64,000 bases of DNA from Piedraia hortae CBS 480.64 (taxonomy: Eukaryota): assembly GCA_010093745.1 (NCBI GenBank), contig MU005995.1, positions 1-64,000 of the forward strand. The letters are read 5' to 3'. The notes below the pieces were generated by a model. The model was not told the DNA's origin. It ran no database searches and saw only the letters and a list, made by a program, of their open reading frames with translations. Shown piece by piece: positions 21,283-33,501 of the stretch (position 1 is the first letter of the stretch; each line of letters begins with the position of its first letter). The translations under genes and the position numbers were made by a program.

Positions 21283-24200
21283 GACTGCTATCGCATGGCC
21301 GTATGAGAGAGGAAGACGGCCGAGGCCTCTAGCTTGGGTGCGCGACTTGTGCTGCAGGCAACCTGCAGGCCGGGGGATTTCTGTTGCACGCGAGACCAAA
21401 TTGGGGAGCAGCCAGATGAGGGACAGATGTGCAAATGTGCAGATGGAACACAGATGGACGGATGCGCAAGTGTACTAATGGGACAGATGGGGCAGATGGG
21501 TCCAAGAGATTCTCCCCGTCTCTGCTCTCCCTATGGCGCTCACGAGACTACGGGGATCGAGTGGCTCGCTCGAGTGGTTGTTGCTGCCCGTACAAGCGCC
21601 TGGCCAAGCAATGGTCGATAATTGGCCGTATTAATTGATCCAAAGAACAGGGATATTGCTCTCCAGCCGTTGCTTTAGCGCCCATCCAATGCATTGTGGC
21701 TATCACATCACAGGGACGGGAAAATGGCGGGAACCGGAAGACAGGGCGCCCCCCGTTGGCCACATTGCTCAGACCGCCCGTATGCAGCCGCCCGTCAACT
21801 TCTGCCACCTATTTTGTTGCCCACAAACTGCGGGGCTTGGGCGCCAAATTGATTGCCATCGCGGAACGTCACCCGCCCCGTTGCGTCACACTGCAGAACG
21901 CAGACTTGCCTTCTTTCTCCTGCGTTTCTCCCGGGTCGCATCGTCGTGGCCACCCCATCCTGACCCCCTCCTGTTGTGACACCTGTTCCCCACCTGCATA
22001 ATCACACTTCAGGGAATACAACAACGCGAAAGAGTCCTGTGGGTCCGGCAATAAGCAACGTGACGGTCTTTCAACCTTGTCGCCCATCTGGTGTTGTGCA
22101 CTGATCGAGTCAGTGCTTGGTCCCGGTCGCAGCGCTCCTGTCTCTGTGCGTTGAAATCTAACTTCACCGCCTTCGGTTAGCCGTTTAAAGCTTTACCCGT
22201 TGAAGCCCATGTGGCGCCAACGGTACTTTTCAAAGTGTATCAATTGCCTCCATGTACACCCCTAACGTCTTCAACTCTAGTAAAGTTTGTGGGCGCTTCG
22301 AGTTTTCGTAAAGTCGGATGATTTTTCAGCGAACAAAAGGTCCGCACCAGTCCATGACCTTGCTGGCGTATCATGCACGCTGCCAGCTTCCTTGCCTGTC
22401 AAGACCGATACGCTGATGGTTGCGTCGCGTCAATAAGCCCCAGCAACCGTCCTGGCGCACAGAACCCCGAGACGACAGGTTGTCAACAAGCAGTCCGGAA
22501 TGATCTGCCCCCTAATCGAGCGTTAAGCTCCAAAGACGAAAAGCGTTAGTGGCAGGCCTAACACCAGGCGTGACGCAAGCTTGTGGGGGAACGCCAAGAC
22601 TTCCTTCTTCCCACCAACCATTTGTTCCATCGTTGCTTTCATAAGGCATTCACAGTGTAACGCTGCACTGTCATGAATTGCGGTCCAAAAGTATAGCTAC
22701 AATCTGCTGCAATCTTGTCTATTATAGAGTACATAGCTTCAAATGCAGCTTTCCGCGGCAAGTTACAGACGAGCAATCAACAATGCATGGACACATCCAA
22801 GAAATTTGAACCTGAGACGCGCACGTGGTGCGGCGACATCAACATCAAATTGTGCTACGCATACCAACTGAAGCTGGATGGGGTCCAACTTGAAATTGAG
22901 AGCATCGTCAGCCGTACAAGAAAGTGGAAGTAGGCATGAGAAAGCCAGAGCAGGCTTCTGCTTGCCATTCCTGATTTGAAAACATATGTCAGCTACACCT
23001 CGAATGGCATCCTCGGAGTCAGAACTCTAACAAGTCTTTCATTGGCACATTCTTAGTGACCATGGATGAGCAGACAAAGATGGGCCACAATACAACCATG
23101 GAGCTATTCCAGGCAAGCCTTGCAAGTTGAGCTGATGGCTGTAAAATGCCGGGCTTATTATCGGACCGCCTGTCACACGACTATCGCTTCCAGCAATGGT
23201 CATGCGCTACAAGAATGGAGTCCATCCGTACCAACCAGAGGTGATCTCCTTCGAGACAAGGGGTCGTTTGCCTCCCCAAGCCCTGGTACTTTGGAGTTAG
23301 CTTCCAAATGAGCTTGTGTTCACCCGCTCATGAACACGTATCTCTCTGCTCATACTCGTCATGATGGACAGCCATACACAACGCTTCCCTCATGCAAAGA
23401 AACCGTGAGGCTTCTCAGAGCGGTTTAATGCATTGTATGCACTACTCTACCAACGCAAACACTCGTGTCATCCCGACCGACGTACTGAAGACATGTACAC
23501 CGTTGCGTGGCAAGATCTTCAAATGGGTTTCAACTACTCAATCATTTTGAACCAAAATGACATTGATACTACTATTGACCTTGGTAATGGTACGCCAAAC
23601 AACTACCTGGGTTTTACAATGTCTTCCTCGTACAATACAGGCTTCCACACGACACATTTTATCAAGTGGACACAGTGAATTATGCCCCATCGAAGGGAAA
23701 CTCAAGAGCTTCGGGCTCAAGACAAACACGGCCAGAGGGGTATCAGTCCGGAACCCCTCGAGGTATAAGTTCTCAACGAGGCCGAGGTCCAAGGGCGCAA
23801 GCTGGCGGACGACGTGCATACCCGAGAACCGATGTTCAAGGCTTCGATTCCGAAAATGTCGCTGATGCCCATGACAACGTGTACTACATTGAAAGCGCCG
23901 ACAGAATCGATTCACATCGTCTTCTCAACAACGTTTTATCCACTCGCCAATCAAACACCATGTCATCAGTGTGGAGCTGCCCCATGAATTATGACAAACG
24001 GGATTGGCATGTCTTTCATTGTAAAAGCTTTACGGCCATCAAGCAATCCCCTTCTCCTCTGGCAGCAGCAGCTAATATATCCCTTGTGAAGCATCTACGG
24101 AGCGATAAATGCTTCCTATGTGGTGCTACAGTGCAGACACGCTGTTCTTCGTAGATGACATAGAGGGTTATTAAACGCCATGTCGGCACCGATCACTAGT

Positions 24201-24439
24201 TCGGAGCGGGCGATCTCATCAGACTTGTGAGAAGGAAATTTCGCTGAATCCAGAACATACGGCGTCAATGCCCCCAGAGCAGGGAGATCGGACTGAATGA
24301 AGGGATCATTAGCGGCATCATGATACCGAAATATGCCGTGATAAGGAAACGCAACCCCTGCAACACTGGGCAAAAGACACTCTGGAGACAAACTACGAGG
24401 GTCTACTTTTGGTCCACGCACGGCTTAAAGTGCATGCTG

Positions 24440-26230
24440 TGACATTCTCAGGAGATGGCAAGGAAGGGGAGAAATACTGGAGGAGACGCGTCCGGCGAGG
24501 GGCAACGCAAGTTGGCTGGCCGGAAGAAGGGTGGGGATCAAATTCGGGAGAGGTACATTTCATCAACCCGAGAGACATGTATCAAAACATCTTGAACTTG
24601 CCAGAACTTCGGAAAAAAGATGCACAGGACGGAGGCAGTCTGGATAAAGTTAAGAATTCCATCTCAAAAGAGTTCGTTGCTGAGATGGATGACAGGGTCG
24701 GACTACAATTCATCCGCCCTGCATGTCCGCAGGCCACAGCCGCCAACCCTCTCAGTGCGGGGTTCTGTGCTCACGTCAAAAAAAAATGGGTGGAGGATTG
24801 CGGAAGTCAACCGTTTTCTGACGCTCGAAGGGGCTTTCCTTGCCGCGATGCAGCTCACGGTCTATCGTTGCAGCGGTTTCCCAGGGAGAGCCGCAGAGTA
24901 CACGGAGTCTCGCATCATGAAACGCCAAAAACTCTGAGTGGGGTTCATGTCTACGAGGGTTAAGCGGGGCACATCTTGCCTCCAACGGGGTTGTCACTGT
25001 TTTCTGTGACGGGACGACCTTGTCATTCTGACACCCCTCCTGCATGATGCGGCACGAGGAATTCGTAGCGAAGCTTCGTGCGAGCATCCAGCTGACAGGC
25101 GGCTGCATAGCCTAAGAGGAAGATGCTTTGCAAAGGGTCGTGTTGTCCTGTATTCGGACTTCAGAAAGCCACGAAAGTCGACTAATGAAGAGTTCACCAC
25201 AGCCACGTACTTCGTGCACATGGGGCCGTTTACCGACATGCTACGCCTCAAAGGGCACGGTGATGCCTCGAAGAGTCCGTTCTTGTTCTCATTTTGGCGT
25301 CGTCCAGATAGGCCTTGGGACGATGAAAAGTTGACAAACCTCAAGTCCACATCAAGCTGGATGGGCGATCCAAATTTAATTGAGATCATCTGATGACCAA
25401 CGCTCCCCCACTGTTTCCCTTTCTGGCTGATCCGACCAAACCGTGACGAGACCTTGCCAACATATGCGCGTTGCGTCCGTGGGTCTGTCATACCCCACCG
25501 TTCAGAACAATCGGCCTTACAGTCGTCCTCACTCCGCAATATTGCGTGATTCTCCTGGACGAGCACGACTACCATTTTATCCGCCTTGTGGTGCGATTCT
25601 GCGAGTTCAACAAAGTTATTGCCTGAGTAATGTTATCTCACACCTCGCACTTTCGTCCACTGCTTGATGTGTCGGTCTTCCAGCTTAATGAAACCTATCA
25701 AAACGATCAAGAATCGCGGGGAGCCAACATTCGACCGTGATCCGGCCGTTTGTGAGGAGTATGCACGCCAACGTACCCATGTGGTGGCTCGGTATGACCG
25801 GGAGGGATATGAGAGACACAAGAGTGCGCTGGTGCAATACGTTTGGCAGACGGAACAGCAAATACGTCACGCAGGGCTATCCATCCCCGACAACAATGGC
25901 ATCTTAGGCATATGAGACCGTTCGCTACAGCAGAGGTACAGCTCCTTCCGTTTCCGATGCCCCATGCCAATGAGACGACGTCTCTAGAAAAGCTACGGCG
26001 GTTTCGTTATAGCCCTCATCTGTACGCCGGTCCCCTGGCGGTCGTGCAAACATCCAACGATCACAACGATCACCACGGAAGCGGAGCTGCTGCCGCCGCT
26101 GGAAAAAGCTCACTTCCTGACGTTTTCGGGGAGTCATAGGCCTACGACTTCACACATCCACCGAAGCTCATTTTGCCCATAACCTAAGAACTCTGCAATT
26201 TCTGTCGGCAGAGACAGCCATGGTATTCAC
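24440..26230 (+). mobile_element. Degenerate telomere-linked-helicase (TLH)-like ORF: recombinase-like central region plus start of a RecQ-type helicase
   Basis: Across frameshifts: VNRFLTLEGAFLAAMQLTVYRCSGFPGRAAEY, GVHVYEG, TYFVHMGPFTDML..SPFLFS..PWDDEKLT, QSS/HS, then AAGKSSL (Walker A-like). Motif order matches my recollection of fungal TLH ORFs. Confidence 0.55.
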
Positions 26231-26603
26231 ACAACTTCGCCTTGTAGACGTTTAACGCCACTGGCTGAGACAAGAACTATTGCCTGGTCTGTGAGGTCGT
26301 AGTGGCGGACATGACTGTCGATGGCCTGACAAAGGTCCTGAATGCGTAACAACATCGCACTTTAGTGGGCGTCGTTGTTTGTTCTGATGGAGAGGAAGAT
26401 CGCGCTTCCTAAGAGGGTATAGCGCGGGAACCTCCTTGCTTAGCAACATGGACGTGCCTTGGTGCAGGCACCAGTATTATTTGTTTTGTGTTCGTTTGTA
26501 TCATTCAACAACGCGTCGGGAAAAATTCAAAGAAGCCGAGTGAGGGATAAGAGAACTACTCATCGCTTCGTGAATTTCCTTACCCAGAAATATCACTATT
26601 GAC

Positions 26604-26910
26604 TTTGTTTGTTTGTGTTTATGTTATTTACGCCGGGCATCTCGACCGCTAAGGGTTGGCTGCAGCCTCCCTGGGGGCATATAGGTGTGCTACACTAGGG
26701 CTATGTACGGTTGCTACCTCCCCAGCCAGCATCTACAGCCCCGCAGGGCACATCAGTCTCCTCATGCTGTAGTCGCCCTCCGCTTGCAAGTGGAACGTAC
26801 AGTCGAGATAGCAGGCTGGTCTCGAGGGATCGGACGTGCACTTTTGTTACTCTCTTTGGGTCTTTAGCGTTCAGCCTGTTTCTTCAGGCTGCTCGGCATA
26901 CAGCAATATA
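26604..26910 (-). mobile_element. LINE 3' end or LINE-derived short element with (AAAC)n tail
   Basis: Minus strand CCTAGTGTAGCAC...GGGAGGCTGC...GCGGTC...GCCCGGCGTAAAT plus AAAC tail, homologous to the LINE 3' ends at 6.1 kb and 28.4 kb. 5' boundary uncertain. Confidence 0.65.
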
Positions 26911-27599
26911 ATCAAACCAAAAACCTGTAATCCTAGGGACCCCTGTCTTGGAACACAGTTTTGAAGATTGGAGCATTGATGCCAGCTACAAAAGTGCGAG
27001 CTATTCGCATCTATCCGTGGGAAAGAATTCTGAACTACTGCTTCTATTATCGGGCATGTGAGTCACTTTGTCGATCGGGGGAGAACGAAATGGTTGTAGT
27101 CTAGTAATTCAAGTGATTTGTGAACAAACGTCGTTCCCCGAGTTTGATCAGACTAGACTACAGGGTCGCCCAGCCATAAGACGCCTTGATTCTTTACAAA
27201 GATTTGGGGACCATTTTTCCATCCCAGGGAATTCTGTATATTCAGTACATCCGGCAGTTAATCCTCGAATATTGCTGTCAAACATGTCAAGAGGCAAGTT
27301 TCTTTCCCTTCTATTCCATGGTGTTCTATGAATGCCGGAGGTGAACCCTCATCAGCCTTTGAGGGGGCAAAAGATTTGACTGCAATAGTCGCTAGCGAGA
27401 TTTATGAAACGATCCATGTAAGCTAGCCGCTGATAGCTCTTGCTTTATGCCGAAGCTTTGGGATATAACTCTGTGCACAGTGCCCTCTACAGTGAGATCA
27501 GCATTCTCTGGCTATCAGAGCCTCGACAACACAGACACTCTCGCGACGGTCGTTGAGGATGCGAACGAAAGTGCAGAGAGCAGGGGCCTTGCTGCTACA

Positions 27600-28225
27600 A
27601 ATCGCACGCCATCCTCTGAGAGACCGGAGATACACTCTCGGATGCCGGAAAGACCCCACAGAGGGTAATCCCAAAGAAGTGGCGGCCGAAAAATTCAAAC
27701 GCTGGCTGAGGACTGTTCCGCAATCAGATGTCCTCGTCTTTAGCGATGGATCGCAGACAGGTAAGTACGATATCGGATTTGGATACATCCTTTGCCAAGG
27801 TAACAGTTAGGTCAGTCTAGAAGAGCCCGCATAGACGCTTGTTCAGCTGTGTTCGATGCCGTAGCGGTAGGCGCCTGGCGCGGCCTTAAAAGGGCGATTC
27901 AAGCTGTTTCAAGTTAGGATCCGGCTACGCATCGACAATACGGCAGCCATCTGGTGCCTCAGGGCGGGCGCTTCAGTGTCATCACATTGGGCGTTCAATG
28001 CTTTCCATCAGGCTGCGGACCAGCACGTCGTGTGCATGAAAAGAATCCTGGCCACAGCGATCCAAACATCCAGTGTGATGGCGATACGCCCAGGTGCCAT
28101 GACTAAAACACTGAAAACACCGATCTGCGCCCTGTTGTGAATCTCACGAATGATCTTGGCAATGGTTTCCGCCGCCGGCAGGTGAATACCTGCCTATTTG
28201 TATGTTTGTTTGTTTGTTTTGTTTT
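27600..28225 (+). mobile_element. Tad1-like LINE relic (RNase H domain, probable 3' end with (GTTT)n tail)
   Basis: VLVFSDGSQTG..IGFGY, AVFDAVAVGAWRGL, IDNTAAIWCLRAGASVSSHWAFNAFHQAADQH; aligns with the 6.8-kb copy. Hairpin GGCAGGT-GAAT-ACCTGCC precedes the GTTT repeats. Confidence 0.8.
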
Positions 28226-28252
28226 ATATCAAAGGTTAATGCACCAGACAGC

Positions 28253-28481
28253 GGGGAATACAGGCCGCAGGCTATCCTCGCAATGCGAAGAAGGACCGCG
28301 GCTGGATAACAGCCCTTTGAGGCTCGAGATGCTTGCTAAGGAACCTAACGTATGTAGGTAGACCTAGTTTAGCACGCCCCCATGCCCTTCGGGAGGCTGC
28401 GAATGGCCGTTAGCGGTCATTTCGCCCGGCGTAAAACATCAAATCANNNNNNNNNNNNNNNNNNNNNNNNNNNNNNNNNNN

Positions 28482-28574
<93 letters not shown>
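28253..28574 (+). mobile_element. Short non-LTR retroinsertion (LINE 3' UTR only) with (ATC)n tail and 14-bp TSD
   Basis: ATGCACCAGACAGC at 28239-28252 and 28575-28588; body homologous to the LINE 3' UTR at 6050-6230. Confidence 0.85.

Positions 28575-28576
<2 letters not shown>
28447..28576. repeat. Assembly gap (35 N, 28447-28481) followed by an (ATC)n microsatellite
   Basis: Directly visible. Confidence 0.98.
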
Positions 28577-29915
28577 GCACCAGACAGCCCAATCTCAATG
28601 AGTGTCGGTTTAAATGAATGCGAATGCAAACCAGTGCCATCAAGCCACTAGGGCTTGTTGGTGTAATATCTGCCTGTTGGCATTTAGAGAGCAGGCCATG
28701 GAAGGAAATGCCTTCCACGATACGGAAGGGCTGATCGGTGGTGACGATGAACTTGCTGATCGCCGACTCCAGTTTTTGTTGATTGAAGCTAGTATAATGG
28801 CGCTTGGTGGCCTTTGGACCCTTTGAAAATCGGTCTGCAATGGGCAAAGGACGTTTGGTGGTCTTGGCGGCGTAGCCGGAAATAACCTTCTCATCAGCTA
28901 CCCTTGTTGGGTATGGCTTCTTGGGATGGCGATTGCGTGTTGTGTTGTTCTTTAGGGGGACGCCTTCAGAGTCATCACTTCCTCCTTGCAACGCGTTGAT
29001 GACTGCGACCTGTGCCCGAGCAATTTTGATGGCGGGACCGTCTACAGCCAGCTTGACACACCAGCCAAAATCAGCCTTGGGACGACTGTTGGCAGCACTG
29101 GTGTGTCCATCTCCATTGAGGTCCGCGTGCGAGGCTTATGGTCGGCCATTCCCCTTGCCTCCCAGCCTCCTGGACTGAGCGACGGTCAGGTCTTTGAGAA
29201 ATATGGGAGCGTATGAGGGGCTGATTGAGGCAATGTTGGTCTCAGGCAGCAGTAACGTCAGGGGGCTGCTTGGGCTCGTGAAGATTGTGCGTATATCTTG
29301 AAAACCGATGTGGACTGTTGGGAACGCGTTAGGGATCCAAAGGATAAGGGAGCGTGATGACTGCAGGGTGGCCAAATATGATCTCGCATGTTGTTGTGCG
29401 ATCCCGTCTTCTCTGCCTTCTGAGAAGAGCTGGGTTCGCGGGGGCCAATGATGTCCACCGTTGCCCACTATAGGGTATGGGACTCTCCTTATACTGCCTC
29501 ATACTCTGTAGTGGTAAGATAGGGACAACATGATCATATGCTTCTGGAGTGATCGCTGTAGCTAGAGATCCAATTCTTCACTTAGGCAAATGATCAAGCT
29601 GTTAACAGAAGGTGGATGTCATGGCTCAGTTGACCGTGATAGGATCACAACCTCATTTTCCCCTGAACTCCCTCGGATGACTATACCTACTAACCTTCGC
29701 ATGGCATCTTTTTCCTTGTTAATCTCAAAAATGCATTTTGACCGAGCCAGTAAATACACTCTCAGTTAAAATCCATAATGCCAGCACTCCTGCGCGTAGT
29801 GAGCGGTGAATGCGTTGAACACTTAGGTAGTCTACAAACTTCCCTGATCAGCCGAACCCTTCAAACTTATACCACACTGACTGAAGATATCACCATTAAC
29901 AGCAATCAAACAGCA

Positions 29916-30320
29916 ATGAGTTTCGACGAGGTCTGTGACGCCATGTGGACCCTCGAAGCCGAAGATGAAGCGACCGAGCATGCTGTAGCATCCTTTCTAC
30001 ACATTCTCGATCGCCTCAGAGAGCTCAAATTGCGCTACGCGCAGCTTCCCCCGTGAGTGAAAGCTCACCCGGTTGTCGCAGACGACGTTAAAAAACTGTG
30101 CCATGATGCACTCGACGAATCAAGAAGCGCCACATTTGGCATTGTGGTGTTCCTGACTTTAGACGGGCAATATATTGTCAACCAGAACTCAGCATTCTTT
30201 CGGTCTTGTACTGGGATGGTTGTGCCAAGCTTTCGAACAGGTTGAATCGGTAGCAGAGGCTTTGGAGGCACTTGAAGCGGGTGACCTAAGTTATCGGCTT
30301 CAGTAGATGGAGTTAGGTGA
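29916..30320 (+). pseudogene. Disrupted paralog of the 4107-4547 orphan gene
   Basis: In-frame TGA at 30054-30056 where the paralog has Trp; later frameshift; ends AEALEALEAGDLSYRLQ*MEL vs GAVEALEAAMICHRFESMQL. Confidence 0.75.
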
Positions 30321-30399
30321 ATCGGTTGATACGGTGACGGAGGAGGATTGACGTCAATCTCGCCTTTGTGCTTCATCCTCCCTGCCTGTGGATACTTTT

Positions 30400-31990
30400 T
30401 AGATTGCTTCCCTGTCGCGATGTCCACTACAATTTTCTAGCAATGTCAAAGCAGCATTCAGCTCTCTTGTGTATAAAAAATCCATGAATTACTAAATGTA
30501 TCACTTGATGATCGCAGAAGAACTCGTAAGGATTGAAGATGCCCTTGAAATTATGGATGTGACTGTGCTTCTTCATAAGTTGGGAGCGCAGGCTGCTGTG
30601 TATCAAGAGATGGGAGGAGGCTATGTGTGAGTTGGTGGGTGTATAATCTAGAGGCGAGAGGCTTTCTGAATTTTCTCGAAGAGGGAAGCTTCGTGCTATC
30701 TTGCCTCTCGATGCTACTGCTCGGTTATGTCTACAGCAGATTGGCATGCTGGTTTTGGGTTTGCTTGAATGTTTTGTCTTCTGCACTGTCTGGGTTTGCG
30801 TTAGTAGTACTTTGTCTTATGCAGTGTCTGGCTCATTTGGAAAGAACATCGTTCCAGATCATTTTCATCTCACCTATCTCCTCATGCGATTGTTCTCCAG
30901 CATTGCTTGAACCTGTCTTTTGTAACTCCGCTAAGCCTTTCCGGCCACAGAACTCACTATCTCACGATCCCTCAGAAACAATGTCCACGTGGCTGCTATG
31001 CTGAACACGAATCATACCCGTCACCTTGGGGTTGAACAATACAGAAACCCTGCTGGGATTATGGAACCACTTCACAATGGCTTTGCTTAAACAAAGACTG
31101 ATTCACCGGAACAATGAAACAATGCGGTGGCCCACCCATTATAACGGTCAGACTATAAGTTGACAAACAATGAAGCGCATTTCTCGACCACGTACCACTC
31201 CGCTGGTACAAAGGCTTCGGATATACAGATGGGAGCTGCCCATGACACATGGCGATTCATCGAGGCATTTTTTGTGTAGTACCATGGTGATAAATTGGGG
31301 CGAATTGATCAAATTTTGACTCATCAGACGCGCTCGAGTGCCGCAAATCGCTTGTTCGTCATTACCACGCCAGTGACAGACTCTGGTCGCAAGGACCCAA
31401 TCCTTGAGCTTAACATCTACAAGCTGAAGCCGGGCGCAAAGCCTCTGCTTGTGGGTCGCCTAGCATATCCGTACGCCGGCTCTGGGTGGTACCTATCAAA
31501 CGCAATGGCATGATAATATCAAAAGGCCGGCAGCCCCTCGACATGGTGGAGAATGATGAGATGTTTCTGGTCAATTGGAGTGTGCTTTGCCTATAAGACC
31601 TGGTGGGGTGACTCATGTCACCACTGCCGTGACAACCTTACGGCCAACAGCATTTGAGAAAATACTCCAGCAATGAAAGCAAAGCTTCCAGGGTTGGTCA
31701 CTTACATCCAACGTTCTTGTTAGCTATGATGCTAACCCAAGGCTAGCCCAGCCAACGATACGATCCCTTATCTTGCGTCTCTAGGTACGTTGTGTCAGTC
31801 AAGCGCGTAAAGCTTAAAGGGCTCTAAATGTTTCTCAAGATATCTTCTAAACTCCTGTGGACGTACCTTCTGTGCCAGTAAGGATCGCCCATCCCACAAT
31901 ATAACCTTTCTTAGGCTGACTATCTACAGATTTCTGTCGATTGATCATCAGCGAGGGTCTAAGTCTCAAATAAGTGCGTACCCAGTCGCG
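30400..31990 (-). pseudogene. Decayed paralog of the F-box-like gene at 33502-34959
   Basis: GRSLLAQKVRPQEF vs GEDLLWRSVEPRAF; FKGIFNP..CFDIARKL vs LCGHFDL..SCEIVRNI; similar span, many stops. Confidence 0.45.
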
Positions 31991-33501
31991 TTGAGGAAGA
32001 AAGCTAATAAAATCTCAGGCACTCATGCTTGCTTTCCTTATTTCCTGAACCCAACAATGCCTGCACCCTGTTACCGCCGTACTATTCACCTGCTCGCGGG
32101 TGATTGCGCCAACGCTTGCCTCGGCAATTAATGCTCTTTCAGGCACCCAACGATGTGGTCAAACAACACACCCAACGCCACGGATAGCCAATGAGTGGAA
32201 AAAGGACGATAACGGGTATGTGAGACGGAGAATGTGGGCACTGAATCAGGCGTGGTTGCGCGCCGACCCAATTATACTGTACCACCACCACACCTGCCGC
32301 GGTGCTTTGTATCTTCTGTACAATCTACAAGCCTCACTACAATGTATAAGCGCTACCTGAGCAGTATAGCGGCAAAGCGAGCAGAATTGCGATACTGTTA
32401 TACTTGCAAGTAGATGTGTACCAGTATGCATAAAAGTCTATTGATTGATCGAACAACCTGACCAATTATTCATTGAATGAACCATTTCCGTAACTATTGA
32501 CTAAATGGTGTCGCTGATCATTAACCTTCTAATCCGTTCATGCGAGGGAATTGTCCGGGAATTGTCAGCCAGATTGAGCCTTTTTGAAATTGTTCGTACG
32601 CTGAAACGTCACCTTAATATTTGATTTGAGCTTACCGTTGTTTGATGATCACTTCAAACAAACCATCAAATGTCCGAACCATTCATCAACTGTCAGTGAA
32701 CGATTTAAATAGATACCCCACCCCACCATAGTACAGTGCTCGCGTCCATGTAGCGATGAGGTATTATCAGACGCCTGCCTGAGGTAGAAAGGGCACCGGA
32801 CTTCTCAGGGTTTCTACTCCGCTGAGGATGCTTCCCCTGGGGCATGATCACGTCACAGGACGTCGTCACGATAGATGGGGTTCGGGTCGTGCTGGAATCT
32901 GGAGCAGTCCTGGTACACGTCTTCCTTCGCTTCTGACTGACATTCATAGTGATGGGCAGTTGCGGTATCACACACTATTCACTATACCACCATTGGCCGA
33001 TGTCGGGGTGAGGCGAGTAAATTGCCTCCATCCGATAATAATATCCCGGAGAGCTCTAACTCGGATGGGTACCTTCACGGGGCGTCTTTGTTGAGACAGG
33101 AGATATTGTGCAATGCAGTCAAACCTGGATATTTCGGACACTGGAAAAAGTCAATTTCTCTTTACAACGAACTGTCAGCACCTCCCAATCTGGTCTTCAC
33201 GCACCCATAAACACCCGGACAAGGCGGGGACGCTACTGAGTGACTTTGGCGAACGTGGCCGACTATAGTCATGTGCGCAGCTTGTTTGGGGTGTTGTGGG
33301 TTAGTGTATGCTTCTTCGTAGCTAGTCACATAATCAGAACACGTATCTATGCCACGTGTTAGCTCGGGTCCTATAGCTTCCTCACCTCGGTCACAGGTGC
33401 CAATCACTCATTTCCCTGCCACTCGCTGGCAGCCCGATAAGAATTTCTTTAATGCCCAATCTCCCGCATGTTACGCTGCGGCAAACCGGTCTCGCGGTTC
33501 C

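Larger units (their letters stand above)
28228..29460 (-). mobile_element. Degenerate hAT transposase fragment interrupted by a retroinsertion
   Basis: TGSHNNMRDHI (BED-end-like) and LESAISKFIVTTDQPFRIVEGISFHGLL. Removing the insert restores EIGLSGALTFD (first catalytic Asp motif). Confidence 0.7.

Noticed and set aside
28352..28446. Self-cleaving ribozyme or tRNA-derived SINE head
   Set aside because: No hammerhead CTGATGA/GAAA core, HDV pseudoknot or A/B boxes recognised, and the motif lies at the 3' end.
28382..28991. Poly-His and poly-Asp ORFs
   Set aside because: They are translations of the (ATC)n retroelement tail and an N gap.
30054..30056. TGA at a Trp position as stop readthrough or an alternative genetic code
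   Set aside because: The same copy has a later frameshift and a TAG, and TGA terminates normal genes here; pseudogenisation is simpler.
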